The notes below the pieces were generated by a model. That model was not told the DNA's origin, made no database searches, and saw nothing but the letters and a program-made list of their open reading frames with translations. 64,000 nucleotides of DNA from Octopus bimaculoides (Eukaryota): the NCBI RefSeq assembly GCF_001194135.2, contig NC_068989.1:2080900-2144899 (forward strand), in the 5' to 3' direction. A program made the position numbers and the translations under genes. This document shows positions 50,962 through 64,000 of this stretch, piece after piece. Positions within the stretch are counted from its first letter, which is position 1. Each line of letters opens with the position of its first letter.

Positions 50962-52099
50962 GCGTCTATATATTTATATACACACATATGTATANNNNNN
51001 NNNNNNNNNNNNNNNNNNNNNNNNNNNNNNNNNNNNNNNNNNNNNNNNNNNNNNNNNNNNNNNNNNNNNNATATATATATATATATATATATATATACTT
51101 ATATGTATGTATGTAATAAAATTTAGAAATTGCACCGAGGGACGAAAAGAATCCATAGAACCGCTACTTGTGTCCGGTTCCTATTGCATAAAGTGAGAAA
51201 CAGACGTCTATACGGTTTTAATTTCGTTTGAGGAGAGTTGTTAAATTTACTTGCATCGCTGAAATGAATGGGGACATCGCTTTCAATTTGACTCAAGAAA
51301 TACATACATATTCAGTCCGCTTAATTGAATATCCTCAGTAATCAAAATATTTATGCAATTAAACGAAATACACAAGCAAAATGCATAGTGAACGATGAAT
51401 TATGAAATTTCAATATACTGTGCGCAGTATGGTATTGTTCCTCTCTTACATACATATGAGTTGTGCAGTAAAAAAATAAAGAAGCAAAACGGTTTTCTTT
51501 TGTTCCAGTGAATTTTCTGTTATTTATATTTGAAAAACACCGAAGAAGGCATTAATACAATTGCATTTATTCAATGCATTGGATAATAATTACAGATCGA
51601 TGTTTACATCCCAACGGTATATTTAATCGGTACACAACAATTTGCTGAAGAAGAAACTAATAAATTATCTCTTACGTTTTTCTTGAGACATAATGTTGTT
51701 AAAATGTCCGGGTTTGTACAAATTTAACATTGTAAATATAATTATGGTATCCAGTTGAGAAATTCTGTTATCTTTGACTCTATGATCTCAAGCTGTTACT
51801 GATTCACACGTCTTCAATGACACAAAAGTTAGCCAAATATTCACTGTGATACTTTTCTAAGTAACCTCAAACATAGTGAATCTAACCTCTGTTGTTGAGA
51901 GAGGTAATTCTACAGCCTCGCCATCATTGCTGTGATTGTACGAGTAATTTGTTGATCTTGCATCCTTATTCAGGAAATAGGCAATCAATTCTTTGTCACT
52001 GTTTAAGATCTTTGCCTATGATCTTTAGTCCCATTCTCTTCTTCCATCATAGAAGCAGGGAGTTAGCACAATTTTACCTTCCTCACCAGGGGCGCATCT

Positions 52100-52545
52100 A
52101 CAGCTGCAAAAACAACCGTCTGAAAGCAATTAATGGTCATAGGATCTGTAAGATTGTTGAATGTTGATTTTATTAGTAAATGAATAGCATCCAGTAATGT
52201 ATTTCTTTGTCAATATTATTTGCTTCTAGCTCTGGATAACCATCAATGGTTAATGGCCACGGTACCTCTGTACAGTGATGTTTCAAAGTTTTTCATGTTT
52301 TGGTCACATGTCTGAAATATTGGTGTTGCATTTGGTGAAAGAAACATCACTTTCACTTGTAACTGCTGGTTGAGTAACGCAGCTGTAAACAAGCAGCTTT
52401 TCTCTTTCTCCATACCGTCTTTTTGTGAAATCCTTCTCAGCCTTGTGATAAGTATATCTTCAGTTATTCTTGCTGTCGTTATATCGACAGTGAATTCCCT
52501 TGCAGACATCTAAATTCTTTATTTTCCCCATTTACTAGTAACTTT
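52100..52545 (-). pseudogene. pogo/Tigger (CENP-B-like DDE) transposase relic
   Basis: LVNGENKEFRCLQG, ARITEDI, VKVMFLSPNATPIFQTCDQNMKNF (cf. FLPPNTTS.LQP.DQG.I..FK), ILDAIHL..TINCFQ. Confidence 0.78.
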
Positions 52546-53198
52546 CTTTTGACACTAACCTTCGGGAAGAGATTTCACAAATTGCGTGTAGGCTTTACTT
52601 TCATAGATGTGCAAGCGCTTTCAGCTCTTAACGTTTTCAAACACACATATATGTACGTATGGATGGATGCATACATGGATGTCTCAATGAGACAGAGCAT
52701 TCATTAAATGCTTCGAAACCTACAACTTCTCAACTTAGAAAATAAATTAACATTTGTACCCCAATATATTTGACTTATTTGATTAGATTACAAAGTGTTA
52801 GAGTAGTAATCTCGGGAACCTAGACTTTTCAGGCAAGAAAGAATACATCAAAGACATAATCTGCAAATTTAATCTGGAGGTGAAAATACGCATGGTTTTT
52901 TAAAAAAGTTAATCATCTAACAGGTTTTTGCTGTTGCTGCTATCTTAATTCCAGTGATAAAGTTTTGTTTCTTAGTTAGAACGAGTAGTTCTCTCAAGAA
53001 AATTACTAAGCATTAAAAAAAACACATATTCGCACACACAAACACATACACGCACACACATATAAATTCATGAATACATACACACAAACGTACTCACATA
53101 TATATATATATGTGGGCGTACGTATGCGTACATATATATACATATGTGTGTGTCCATGCGTGCCTGTGTGTATATATATATATATATATATCTGTGTA

Positions 53199-53233
<35 letters not shown>

Positions 53234-53884
53234 CTGTATGTATATACATGACTGTTGTCGTCACCTCAGTATTTAGATCTTTAGATGTATGTAATTACCG
53301 AATTTATGAATGCAATGATCCAAGAATGTATGAAGATTACACACGAAAATTTCCAGATAACTACTGACGCATCACACATCCTGCAGCATAAATATATGAA
53401 CTTAATCAATAAGCCAAACAACATTAGCCAAATGCTTCACTCTTAGAAAAATACGTATGCTCAAATGCAGCTGTAAAACAAATATACATTTACAGAAAGG
53501 AACTTGCATACTGTCATGGATAACTTTAAATAGAATCACGATTAACATCTGTTGTAAAGTTCATTTAACAGCAAATTAAAAAAATAAACAGAAGTAATGA
53601 AATAATTACGAGTAAAGAAGTGAAATGGAACCAGTGCGTGTATTTATTATTGACATAATGACCTTCTCAAGATACAATAGAATCAAGTTGAATAAATACA
53701 AGTTACTGTAGACCTATCCAGGACTATTACCACAGTATAAATAATTATTCAAAACTACAACCGAGGAAGTAACTCCGACACAGTCGCATGACCTGTTAAA
53801 ATAATAGCTAAATCTCACTCAAATCCCATGCTGACTGCTTAGAAAATATGATTACATTGTTAGTAATAGGTGCCTTGAGAAAAG

Positions 53885-53940
53885 AATGTAGGGGCTGTGT
53901 TACCCAAGCTGCTGACGCTGGGTAACACAGCCCCTACATT
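53885..53940. other. Perfect 22-bp inverted repeat with 12-nt loop
   Basis: AATGTAGGGGCTGTGTTACCCA (53885-906) / TGGGTAACACAGCCCCTACATT (53919-940). Confidence 0.97.
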
Positions 53941-54108
53941 TTTCGTGACACATGGTATTTAAAGATAAACTCTATTATTCTATGAATCCTTGTTTTATTA
54001 AACATATATATACTGCGTAAACCTAAACGCTATTGCTTTATACAAATTCTGCATAGACTGTGAAATTATGACGGTTCTGAAAACTCTGGTATTTTCTAGA
54101 TGTAACTA

Positions 54109-54240
54109 CAGGCTGGGCGGCCGGGTATCAGCCATTGTCCCTCAGTCACTGTGTACCCTTCAGCGTGTCAGCATGCTAACCATTGAAGAACGTACGTTTT
54201 TAGTTGAATGGGTGTTTCGAGCTGGAAACAAATAGACATT
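54109..54240 (+). mobile_element. Tc1/mariner-type left-end fragment (DUF4817-like HTH start)
   Basis: TA-CAGGCTG terminus. ATG at 54173 gives MLTIEERTFLVEWVFRAGNK*. Confidence 0.6.
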
Positions 54241-54242
54241 TT

Positions 54243-54368
54243 GTAGGCTGGTTCATGATTGGGGTGGTTATAGTCGACGAGATTGGTCTCAGTATTTGAC
54301 AGGCAAATATTCCATTGAGTTTCGAAGGATAAAAGGCAAAGTTAATCATCAGCGGGATTTGAACTTGC
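54243..54368 (-). mobile_element. Diverged SINE family D copy
   Basis: GAAGGATAAAAGGCAAAGTT..CAGCGGGATTTGAAC. Confidence 0.7.
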
Positions 54369-55059
54369 AGGTTGCAGTGATTCAGGGACAGGCGGCTGAA
54401 TCATACCTGGTCATGATAAGCTCTATCAGCAGACTGTCTCTACAGGCAACGTCAATTTATTTGATGAGCCAGTGAAGTGACATCTGCTAAGGGGTCGTTT
54501 GATCTGCTAGAAATAGCAACCAAATTTCTGTCACGTACTGGATAATGCAGTCTGAGAACATCTATCTCAAAAGACTGGATGGCCATGGCCGAGAATTCTT
54601 CGTCAAATTTAAAACTGAAGTTAAACAATTCGTATGATCTTCAAATCACAGCTAAACGATTCGATGGGTTCTGTAATCACATCAATAAGAATGGATGAAA
54701 AATCCACTCAAAAATATGGAGTACACATATAAAGAAAAAAAGTCTTTACAATTAGAATTTGATTTAATCAATCAAATTGCAGTGACAGGAAATTACCGAA
54801 AAGTGTAGATCAGTTGAAACGATATAGAGTGTATGAGACATTTAAATCCCCCGACATAAGTTTTACTAATCACGTTGATAACGAAATGCAAAGAGTTGAA
54901 GCAATACGAACAGAAAACAAGCAGACATCATCAGCCATTGTTGGTCCGTGACATGAAATAGAAAAAACAGTTTAAAAATTTATTCTATGAAAAACGCATT
55001 TCACAGATTTTATTATTTATGAAATATAACACACCTAAATTCACAGACAGAAAACTTTA

Positions 55060-55125
55060 AAAAAAGCAATTGAGAGACAAACTTGAAACTCTAAAAAAGC
55101 AATTGAGAGACAAACTTGAAACTCT
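55060..55125. repeat. Perfect 33-bp tandem duplication
   Basis: AAAAAAGCAATTGAGAGACAAACTTGAAACTCT x2. Confidence 0.95.
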
Positions 55126-55981
55126 AAATTATAAGCTTTATATATTGAAATAAAAACTGCATCACAGCTGAAATGCAAATCGATAAATTATAAATACAAA
55201 ATAGACAAAGTATTCATTAGATATCATGAAGCAACCAGTCTGTCGTAACTCCGACACAAAAAGTACAATTGATGTAAAAGATATTTTATCAGATAGCAAG
55301 TTGAAATCTTCCAGAAATTTCTCCGAGGGAAAAATGATGCGTTGAACAAGCAGCCCGAAGTGAATACAGAACTAAAGCAAGGCTACGAGATTAGCATAAG
55401 TTGCAGACGACGACTAGTCAGACAAAAACGTTTGTTGCTGTCACCGTTTTATTTAAAGACCAAATCGACTCTTGTATTGCATTTCTACATTTTATAAAAT
55501 TTCACTCATATGATATTGTCGGAGCTATTTCCCTTGGTTATGATTTTTCCAGTTTAAACACCTCTAGAAGGAGTTTTGGTTATTAATTGCAATTTACGAT
55601 CGCAGATGACTGCTGTATTTTCATTCACTATATTACATATTTGAGACTCTACAGCGCGTGTGTATGTCTGTGTGTACACCCCCCACACATAAAAATATAC
55701 AGAAAGATAGATAAACAGATTGACAGTTGGAAAGTAAGATAGATAGATAAATAGCTTGCTAGCTAGCTAGCTAGATAGATAGATTGACAGGTAGATATAT
55801 AGACACCTCAGCAAAGAGACTGACAGTTAGAAAGATTGATAGGTAGATATATATATGAGTAGATTTATGGCAACTGCCTTCGCCAGTTAACATAAATCCT
55901 TTTTTATCCCCACTTTTCTATATTTTCAAATATTCTTATTCCCTGATTTTTATTGTTAAACATGTAAAATTTAAAGCATAT

Positions 55982-56418
55982 ACGCAGGTGTGGCTGTGAG
56001 GTAAGAAGCTTGATTTCCACTCCTATGTTTCAGGGTTCAGACCCACTGCGTGACACCTTGGGCTAGTGTCTACCACTGCAACTTCGTGCTCACAAAAGCC
56101 TTTTTAGAGGATTTGGTAGACTGAAACTGAAAGAAGTCCGTCGTGTATATATATATCTATATATGTACACGACGGACTTCTTTATATATATATTTATATA
56201 TATATTCATGTGTGTCTGTGTGTGTCTTTGTCCCTCATTACTGCTTGACATCCGGAGTTGGCGTGTTTACGTCTTCGTAAAATAGACTGATAGAAAAAAT
56301 ACTAGGTTTTAAGAAAGTAAGCCCTGGGGGCGATTTGTTCGACTAAAACCCTTCAAAGCGCTGCTTCAGTATGGGAGCAATCTAATGACTGACACAAGTA
56401 AAATATAAAAGATAAAAA
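55982..56418 (+). mobile_element. SINE family A, full length, with internal fold-back
   Basis: Colinear with 7614-7988. Contains the 56130-56183 palindrome. Confidence 0.9.
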
Positions 56419-56519
56419 ATACATAAGTACACTTAACCCTCTATAGATATATGTAGTTGAAATTTCATAGAAAAACGAAAGACAAAGAGAAGCGTACGAA
56501 CAATATTCAAGTGTACTAG

Positions 56520-56610
56520 TTTGACGCTCGGGAAAAATGAAAAAAAGTCTTTTACATTTCGAGCCTACGCTCTTTGACAGAAAGGAGTAAGAGGAAATAA
56601 ATGGAGAGAG
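56520..56610 (-). mobile_element. Penelope-type end with degenerate minimal hammerhead (same family as 9705)
   Basis: Minus strand: CCTTT-CTGTCAA-A-GAGC GTAG GCTC-GAAA-TG-TA-AAAG. Confidence 0.6.
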
Positions 56611-58071
56611 AATGGCGTGGCGAAAGACCAAACTCTGAGATGTACTGGTCAAGACGTGCTTTTGATTAAATTTTATACCACTCTACCCCTGCTGTTGAAT
56701 ATTTTTTTCCCTATTTTTATGTACACTCACGACGTTCATTCATTATACGTATGTGTGTTTGTGGTGTTGGTGTGTTGGTGTGTGTGTACGTGTACGTGTG
56801 TTTGCTTTTGTCTACACATGTGTATTCGTGTACATGCGTTTGGTTGTACAATAATGAGAATCCCACCGATACATTAATTCACAGTTAAAATGCAAGAATT
56901 TTATTAAAAAGAAGCAAATTTTTCTCACTTCCTTTCAACAAATATGAAATGTATCACAAGCCTTGCCAACATTTTCTCAAATTGAATTATACTGCATGTT
57001 TCCTATAATAATATTTCAGCTGTTTATTTATCGTGCATAGCAATATGTAGACTCCAATTTATTACAGCTCATGGCTGAAATATCTGCCAATTATTGTTTA
57101 CTGAGAATCTACCTATATATATAAATAAATACATGCGTGCATGTGTGTGTGTAATAAGTGTATATACTTGTGTGTGTTTACATGTATTTGTATGCCTGTA
57201 TATACCTTATTTGTGTACTTTTCAAGTATATACCTTCTGCGTGAGATTCAGAGAGAGCGAAGCAATGACAGAAAAAAAACCAGACACATGAAAAAGGGAG
57301 AAGCTTGCAGCTGCCAACGCAGAGAAATATATATTTACTGTTGTAGCTCGGTTTATTTGTGGAACTCTTACAAATTTTCTAAAAAAATAAAACAAACTTA
57401 CATAGTAAAGAAATATACACGGAAACGTATATATATATAGATAGATAGATATAGATATGTGTGTGTGCGTGCAGTGCGCGTACGTGTGTAACAGAATACA
57501 ATTGACAGAACACATTGCAGATCATTTTGTGAAATAATGTCATAATTACGTAAATCACTCGTCAACTGTACAAACACCTACGACCGTTTCCAGTGAAAAT
57601 ACGTGAGGGGCTGTTTGTGCATCTAGTAAGGGATTTGTACTGTGAGGATTTCATCTCACAAAATTATTCGTAATATTTCGATTAATTCATGACATTATGA
57701 GTCTTTAAGCTGGTTAAAGTATGCTTGTGATATTTTAATTTCTCAAGGCAAATTCCCTGTTGTTACCGTGGAGAATAAGCCACCCTTAGAGTAAAAGGTA
57801 CAGAAACACCATATCTGCCCAGTGCTTCCATCTAGCGGATTCCCAAATGCACGTTTCAGGCTCTCTAGCCTTCCTCAATATGAAATACTGAAGAGAGATA
57901 ACCCTGGGCAGATTCAACGGTCGAACAGTAATCAAGCGTTATAGTGGAAGGAAAATTTTAAATAAAGATACAACTTCCATCTTTCAACCTTTAGACCTCG
58001 TGAGAAGAGACATACAACAACGCTCTAGGCATAAATCTGGAAGCTTAAAATCGAAGTGATTAACTACATCT

Positions 58072-58110
58072 TCAAATGCTACTTACCACACAGCCACTCC
58101 TGTGCCTATA
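58072..58110 (-). mobile_element. SINE family A extreme 5' fragment
   Basis: GCTACTTACCACACAGCCACTCCTGTGCCTAT is the reverse complement of the head at 7611-7650. Confidence 0.85.
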
Positions 58111-59365
58111 TATTTATATATATAAACGTTTGCTTTTATGTTAAGATAAAAGCAATTTTCCATTAAATTGAAGGATTATAAATTTGGTAGAAAATGAATT
58201 TATTATTCTTTAGGAAGAATAGTATTGCGTATTGACAGTGACTTCGAAGCTTCGTGTTGCTAAGTCATCATCTGTTTGTATTCAGTGTTGTAACATATCG
58301 CTGTAGAGTACTATATTACCTAAGTACATCTAGGCACCTTTGAATTGTTTTGTAATATTTAACCTTAGACCTTTGATCAAAAATATTCCAGCCGTGACTA
58401 TCCTGTCTTTTTTACGCTATAATGTGAACCTTTTACTGCGTTCACTTTCTTTATAAGATTACATATCACCTGATGCAGAATTGATTGCTATTTCTAGCGA
58501 GCTGAATGACCATGTGGAGGTCTGTTTGTTGCCCCAAGTTAAATCTGTTCAGAGAATAGGCTTTTTCGTAGGACTACAATTCCTAACGTAACCTTTCCAT
58601 TTTTACGATACTGATATATGTAATTCAAGAGAGATCTGGCTGTTGTTTACAGCAAATCGAGAAACTGCAGAGCGCTTCTGCCTGTAGGTCTGAGATAATG
58701 CATCTGTAGTTGAAGTTTTTGCATACACTCTAATTACTATCAAATGAATCAATTAGTTGTTTATAACTATTTTTAATTATACTCTATAGTATAGTCACCT
58801 TGGACCTGTTGTGTGTATATCGGCCGCTACACAGAGACAAATTGTATTAAGAAATAACAGCCTATAAAAATAACATTGATATTAAAAATAAAACAAAAAA
58901 CATGATTGCCTACTTAATGAATGACTACTTATTAATTTGACGCTAATTAACTACAAGATTGAATATATATATTTAATAATTTTTATCGTTATTGTCTAGA
59001 CACTGATATCTATTGTTTAGACTGTTATCGCTTAGAATTTCCGGAAGGTTGTTTAAAAATGAATATGCGCAGCATGCTGATAAAAGAATAATTATATATT
59101 GTTCATCTTGAAAATTTATAAAGAAATAGGATATATATATTTTTAAATGGTTATGAACGCTATACGCACATACATACATTCATATATACATATACACATA
59201 CACCAGCATACATAACGATATGTCTGGAGCAAAGTATAGCTGAAGTTAGGATCTTAGGGAGAGAATGCAAATCTTTAATTCATATGCTACAAATGATCAA
59301 TGCTAGAAATCTTTTTGGGAAACCTCCAAATTAAAGGACGAATCTAAACGCAACCTTTTTACAGC

Positions 59366-59587
<222 letters not shown>

Positions 59588-59923
59588 CTGTTTGAGCCTT
59601 TTTGCTTTATTGGGGTTCTCGATGTTTGTGGTCTTCCGGAACGCTTCTCGTGTATATTCTGGACGATTCCAGCAGCTTTAAACTTATCTCCAATTCCACT
59701 GACGGTAAGCTGCGTCGGCGGATCTGTTTGAAACTCCATCCTAAACTGTCTTTGCACTTCAACTGCGTTTTCACTCTTCCAGTAGCAATTTAGAATGAAT
59801 TCCCTTTGTTCAAATTTTAGTCTAACTGCCCTCATTAATTCCAGTGGGTTTCATTAGGAAAGAAAGACCATCAGTTGAGTTATCAGCTGCTAAATTGTGT
59901 AAACATTTTTTGGGGACACCCTG
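59588..59923 (-). mobile_element. Truncated Tc1/mariner-type element: left TIR + transposase N-terminus (DUF4817-like HTH)
   Basis: TA-CAGGGTGTCCCCAAAAAATGT terminus. ORF MRAVRLKFEQREFILNCYWKSENAVEVQRQFRMEFQTDPPTQLTVSGIGDKFKAAGIVQNIHEKRSGRPQTS is open from 59835 to the junction. Confidence 0.87.
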
Positions 59924-59932
59924 TATATATAT

Positions 59933-60075
59933 ATACACGATGGGCTTCTTTTAGTTTCTGTCTGAAGGCAGTGGTTGGCCCGAAGACACTTCCCCGAAAT
60001 ACCACGCAATGGGACTGAATCCGGAACCATGTGGTTGAGAAGCAAACCTCTTACAACACAGCCACGCTTGCGCCT
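59933..60075 (-). mobile_element. SINE family A 5' part
   Basis: CACGATGGGCTTCTTT..GGGACTGAATCCGGAACCATGTGGTTG..CAGCCACGCTTGCGCC. Confidence 0.88.
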
Positions 60076-60078
60076 GAT

Positions 60079-60112
<34 letters not shown>

Positions 60113-60363
60113 NNNNNNNNNNNNNNNNNNNNNNNNNNNNNNNNNNNNNNNNNNNNNNNNNNNNNNNNNNNNNNNNNNNNNNNNNNNNNNNNNNNNNNNN
60201 NNNNNNNNNNNNNNNNNNNNNNNNNNNNNNNNNNNNNNNNNNNNNNNNNNNNNNNNNNNNNNNNNNNNNNNNNNNNNNNNNNNNNNNNNNNNNNNNNNNN
60301 NNNNNNNNNNNNNNNNNNNNNNNNNNNNNNNNNNNNNNNNNNNNNNNNNNNNNNNNNNNNNNN

Positions 60364-60419
<56 letters not shown>

Positions 60420-60741
60420 ATACACACACCCACACCATACACACACACAACTAAATACCGTTCATGTTAGAAAGAAAATAGATATTTGTTCAATTATCAA
60501 ATATTGCGCAAATGAATGGCTAATACTTGCACAAAACCCAAGAGATTTGCATGTCCTTTCTCTTATTCCGATGGAAACTGGTAATTTCTGCTACTATGGA
60601 ACCATATTCCTTTGATACTACCGTAGCCATATTGATATGAATTGCTACTCTGGCAGAAGAATGAGAAATATAATATAACTTTTCTTCAGGGCATAATATC
60701 GTATTATAGTTTTAAAATATCGCATGATAGCGTTATACCAT

Positions 60742-60895
60742 CAGCGAACTGGCTGAATTGTTAGCGCGTCCTGTGTTAGTTATCTTTGTATTTTATCCCG
60801 TCGGGATCGATGAAATAAATCGATAAAATAAAGAGCAGTCAGCTATTAGAGCCAATGTAATTGACTCCTTTCCTCTCCTCAAAACCGCTGCCAAA
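60742..60895 (+). mobile_element. Diverged, internally deleted SINE family D copy
   Basis: GCGAACTGGCTGAATTGTTAGCGCGTC head and a decayed body. Confidence 0.55.
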
Positions 60896-61237
60896 ACCGA
60901 ATAAATTGCCATACTATTTTAGGTATTTCTTTAAATGTGTTTATACAAAACATGTCACAATGATCATTCGCGTAAACACTGCAATTTGGGAAAACAAGTT
61001 TGTAACATTATTCGCAAAAGAAAAGAAAATGATCTAAAGTGCTTTTGATGTTGGCAATCGAATGGATTGAAAACAGAGTTAAGAACCCTTTTTCCAAGAA
61101 TTCAGAAACAGCCATAGTTTGATGTAGCTCAACCTATTTGCACAAGTATTACATATACAGCACCAATACATCTGCTTACGGAAAGAATATTAATTTCTTT
61201 ATTGTCTACAAGGGGCTAAACATAGAGGGAACAACCA

Positions 61238-61420
61238 GGGACAAAGAGATTAAGTCTATTACATCGACCCCAGTGCGTAACCGGTGCTTATTTAATCGAC
61301 CCCGTAAGGATGAAAGGCAAAGTCGACATCGGCGTTATTTGAACTCAGAACGTAACGGCAGACGAAATACCGCTAAGCATTTCGCCTGGCGTGCTAACGA
61401 TTCTGCCAGCTCGCCGCCTT
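61238..61420 (-). mobile_element. SINE family D, best-preserved copy
   Basis: Minus strand: AAGGCGGCGAGCTGGCAGAATCGTTAGCACGCC (A-box-like)...GAGTTCAAAT (B-box-like)...GTCGACTTTGCCTTTCATCCTTACGGGGTCGAT. From memory this central motif resembles Deu/Nin-type SINE domains. Confidence 0.92.
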
Positions 61421-61624
61421 TTACGGAAAGAATATTGGCATCAATGATCAAATGTAGTCGGGTGTACGTTTTAATGCATTTTAATGTCTCTTTGATCGGC
61501 AAGGAAAATAAGCAGAAACATTTACAGAGACCAAACACAAACCACTTTTTAATAAATAATGAACTCGTCTCTCTTTGCTCTGTCAATGCCTTATATTAGC
61601 GTTAAACGGCCACACTTACTTGTA

Positions 61625-61800
61625 CAATTTCTTCTATTAGTCTCAATGTTATCTTTGGTCGAGATTGTCGACGCAGTAGTCTTCTGCATTCTAGCAATGC
61701 TCTCTATTTCCCTTTGAATTACAAATTTACGACCAGCGAACCATTCCAGGTGTTGTATGGTTCAGTGGTTGCTTCATAATCACAGCGAAGGGACACAAGT
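61625..61800 (-). pseudogene. Possible CR1-like LINE post-RT relic
   Basis: QHLEWFAGRKFVIQREIESIARMQKTTA weakly echoes RP.LEY...W.P..K.DI..IE.VQ..AT. Confidence 0.3.
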
Positions 61801-63292
61801 TTAACGGTTCTGGTATCTCCGAACTACTTCGTGTCTCAAATGGACAATAGGAAAGAAAATGTAAATCTCTTAAATATTTAGAACAACTTGGAGAGTAAGG
61901 GCCATATTTATAACATGAGTGGCATTTCGTTTAGTCTCTTTACGTTTTGAGTTCAGTTTCTGCTTACGTTACCTTTGTGTTTCATTCCTTCATGGTTGAT
62001 AGAATAAGCTACTTCGGATCAAGTATAAGAGTCGATTTCATTTTAAGCATTGTGTGTATGTGAGAAATCTATATTTTTAACATTAATAACGCAATCATTC
62101 CTCATGACGATAGTTAAAAAAAAAAAATGTCAATATTAATAACGCAGACGATCGAGGAACGTGATAATGAATCGATAAATGATTATATTTTAAGATTATA
62201 GTCCCGAGTACCATTTCGGAAATTGAATCAATTAAAAGAAAACCCCGAGCTACAAGATTGTGTTCTGTGGACATTGTAACAGAGCTGTTGGATTCCATTC
62301 CCGGGAATATTGGTTTAGGATATGACATAATTTACTAAATTGAAGACTGTCTCTGACGAAGAATATTCCTGTGCTGTTAAAACGAATTATAGGAACCAAA
62401 ATTAAAGGCTCTTTGAGCAACAATAATTGTAACCACAGCAATAGTAAAGATATTTGTCTATCAACTCATATATTTGTTGCGAAAACCGGGAACAAAAGAA
62501 AGCGTCCTTCATTGAAATTAAAGTGTCGTAAGTCCTTTGCCAACACTATCAATGATGCTTCATCCGAAGATAATGGAAATTTAGAGGTCGACTTTCACTA
62601 ACTTTGTTCACATCATTCCGGGACATATAGAGTCAATGGTAAAGAGTGATGCCTATGTGTCAGTTTTTTTTTATGGCTCAAGTGGAGATACAGCATACAC
62701 AAGTTTCTGTCTTGAATGCATGAGAACTTGGTAATCTTTACACATTCCAACGATCCATCCTCATTCTTAACCGCGCCAAATGTGAAGTACACTTGGCGAA
62801 ATTCCAATCACATGGATTCGTTGGACACAGTGTGCGGCGACTATTGTTATCGTTAGGCCTAATTCATTGTAAAGTAAATGCCAACATGAACGATATCCAA
62901 ACTACAGAAGAAAACGCGAGCCACTAGATTTCGTTTAAAAGAGACGATGAGCGATGGTAGAAGAATATTGATATAATAGATAACCGGTTGGTCTAGCAAG
63001 CGGGGCCTCATGCCAGTGCGCAATGATGCCGTCGAGAGGTAAGCTCCGAAATGGTGCGCATTCTCTCCTAATGATCCCAAACACTTGCTGGCTTCCGGTA
63101 TGCAGAGCTTTCGACTGGTAGCACTTGCATGTGCAAGTTGTTTGCAAAACACCATAATTCTCGAGATTACATAACTCCTTAATTTCTGCTCGTAAACGAG
63201 CAAAAGCAATGACAGAATTATATACAATGCTTCGGAATCTTTACATGTAACACTAGCAACTTACAAATTTATAGTAGAAATATACATTCATG

Positions 63293-63377
63293 CATACATA
63301 CATACATACGTACGTATGTATGTATGTATGTATGTATGTATGTATGTATGTATGTATGTAGGTATGTATGTATGTAT
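63293..63377. repeat. (CATA)n-GTAC-(GTAT)n microsatellite containing a 38-bp palindrome
   Basis: 63293-63330 is a perfect palindrome. Confidence 0.95.
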
Positions 63378-64000
63378 CTTCCTACTATACATAATGTAAA
63401 TTAAATTTTGTCCAATAGTTCTTTATTTTTATTAGTCAAGCTCAATGATAAATTTTTAAGGGGTGAAAGGTAATAATTTATAATTCTTTATTCATTTATT
63501 TTTTTTCTCTTTCTGTATTTGACTGGAACAAATAAAAGAAAAATAATAAAATAAGATATTCAGAGAAAGAGAGAGAGAGAGAAAGAGTCAAAAGTTGCAC
63601 AGAAGGACGACAAAGGAACACAGGGAAACATCACACACGAGACGTGGACATGCTCATCTCTCATAAGTTGTCCAAAAATTATAACAGTTTTGCGGCATTA
63701 TCAATAAGATTGTTCATTTTGGTGCGATCAACACCAGCTCCATTGAAGACAACCACAAATTCATGCGATACACGGTAGAAAGAATGCAAAAGAGAGCAGG
63801 CTTTGCGGGGCCCTGAACATATTGGTTCAGATGATGCGTAGGATCTGTTCTTCATCCCCTTTCACAATTAAATTCTAAAATGAATAAACAAATTTAAAGT
63901 GGGAAGCTACTGGTGGTCTGCATCTACAAATTTTGTTTTAGACGAGCTGTTTGTATAAGCTCGTCGCAGAGAAAATTATTATGACGTTTTGAAATTGTAA

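Noticed and set aside
54315-54355. Minus-strand CTGATGA...GAAA match
   Set aside because: It arises from mutations within a SINE D copy and has no stems.
62150-62600. Possible Penelope RT relic on the minus strand (VFNLVNYVIS; GMESNSSV)
   Set aside because: Similarity is too faint to call without a profile search. The same applies to 49010-49270, 38260-38500 and the VPQGS at about 41300.
62859-63227. 122-aa minus ORF and the neighbouring 62613-62807 ORF
   Set aside because: No recognisable domain or convincing splice signals. Length is within chance for this GC-richer patch.

Overview
This is eukaryotic, AT-rich, microsatellite-saturated draft-assembly DNA with 9 N-gaps, almost all bordered by simple repeats. 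The SINE families and repeat landscape are what I associate with a coleoid cephalopod, most likely Octopus; that assignment is inference from pattern recognition, not a database match. I could not identify any host protein-coding gene. Nearly all ORFs in the supplied track are microsatellite or N-gap artefacts, or decayed transposon fragments. The window is best described as a long intron or intergenic transposon graveyard. It holds about 30 copies or fragments of at least 4 tRNA-derived SINE families (my labels A-D) plus one other dispersed repeat (E). It also holds relics of non-LTR retrotransposons (RTE, CR1-like, RLE-bearing R4/NeSL- and HERO-like), Penelope-type ends, a Helitron, hAT, pogo/Tigger, mariner/Tc1, and possibly piggyBac and Chapaev elements. 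The most unusual item is a 189-bp element (21923-22111) with 26-bp terminal inverted repeats and flanking TA dinucleotides that carries a complete type I hammerhead ribozyme core. Four more hammerhead-like motifs, several recent fold-back hairpins and two short dispersed direct repeats also deserve follow-up.
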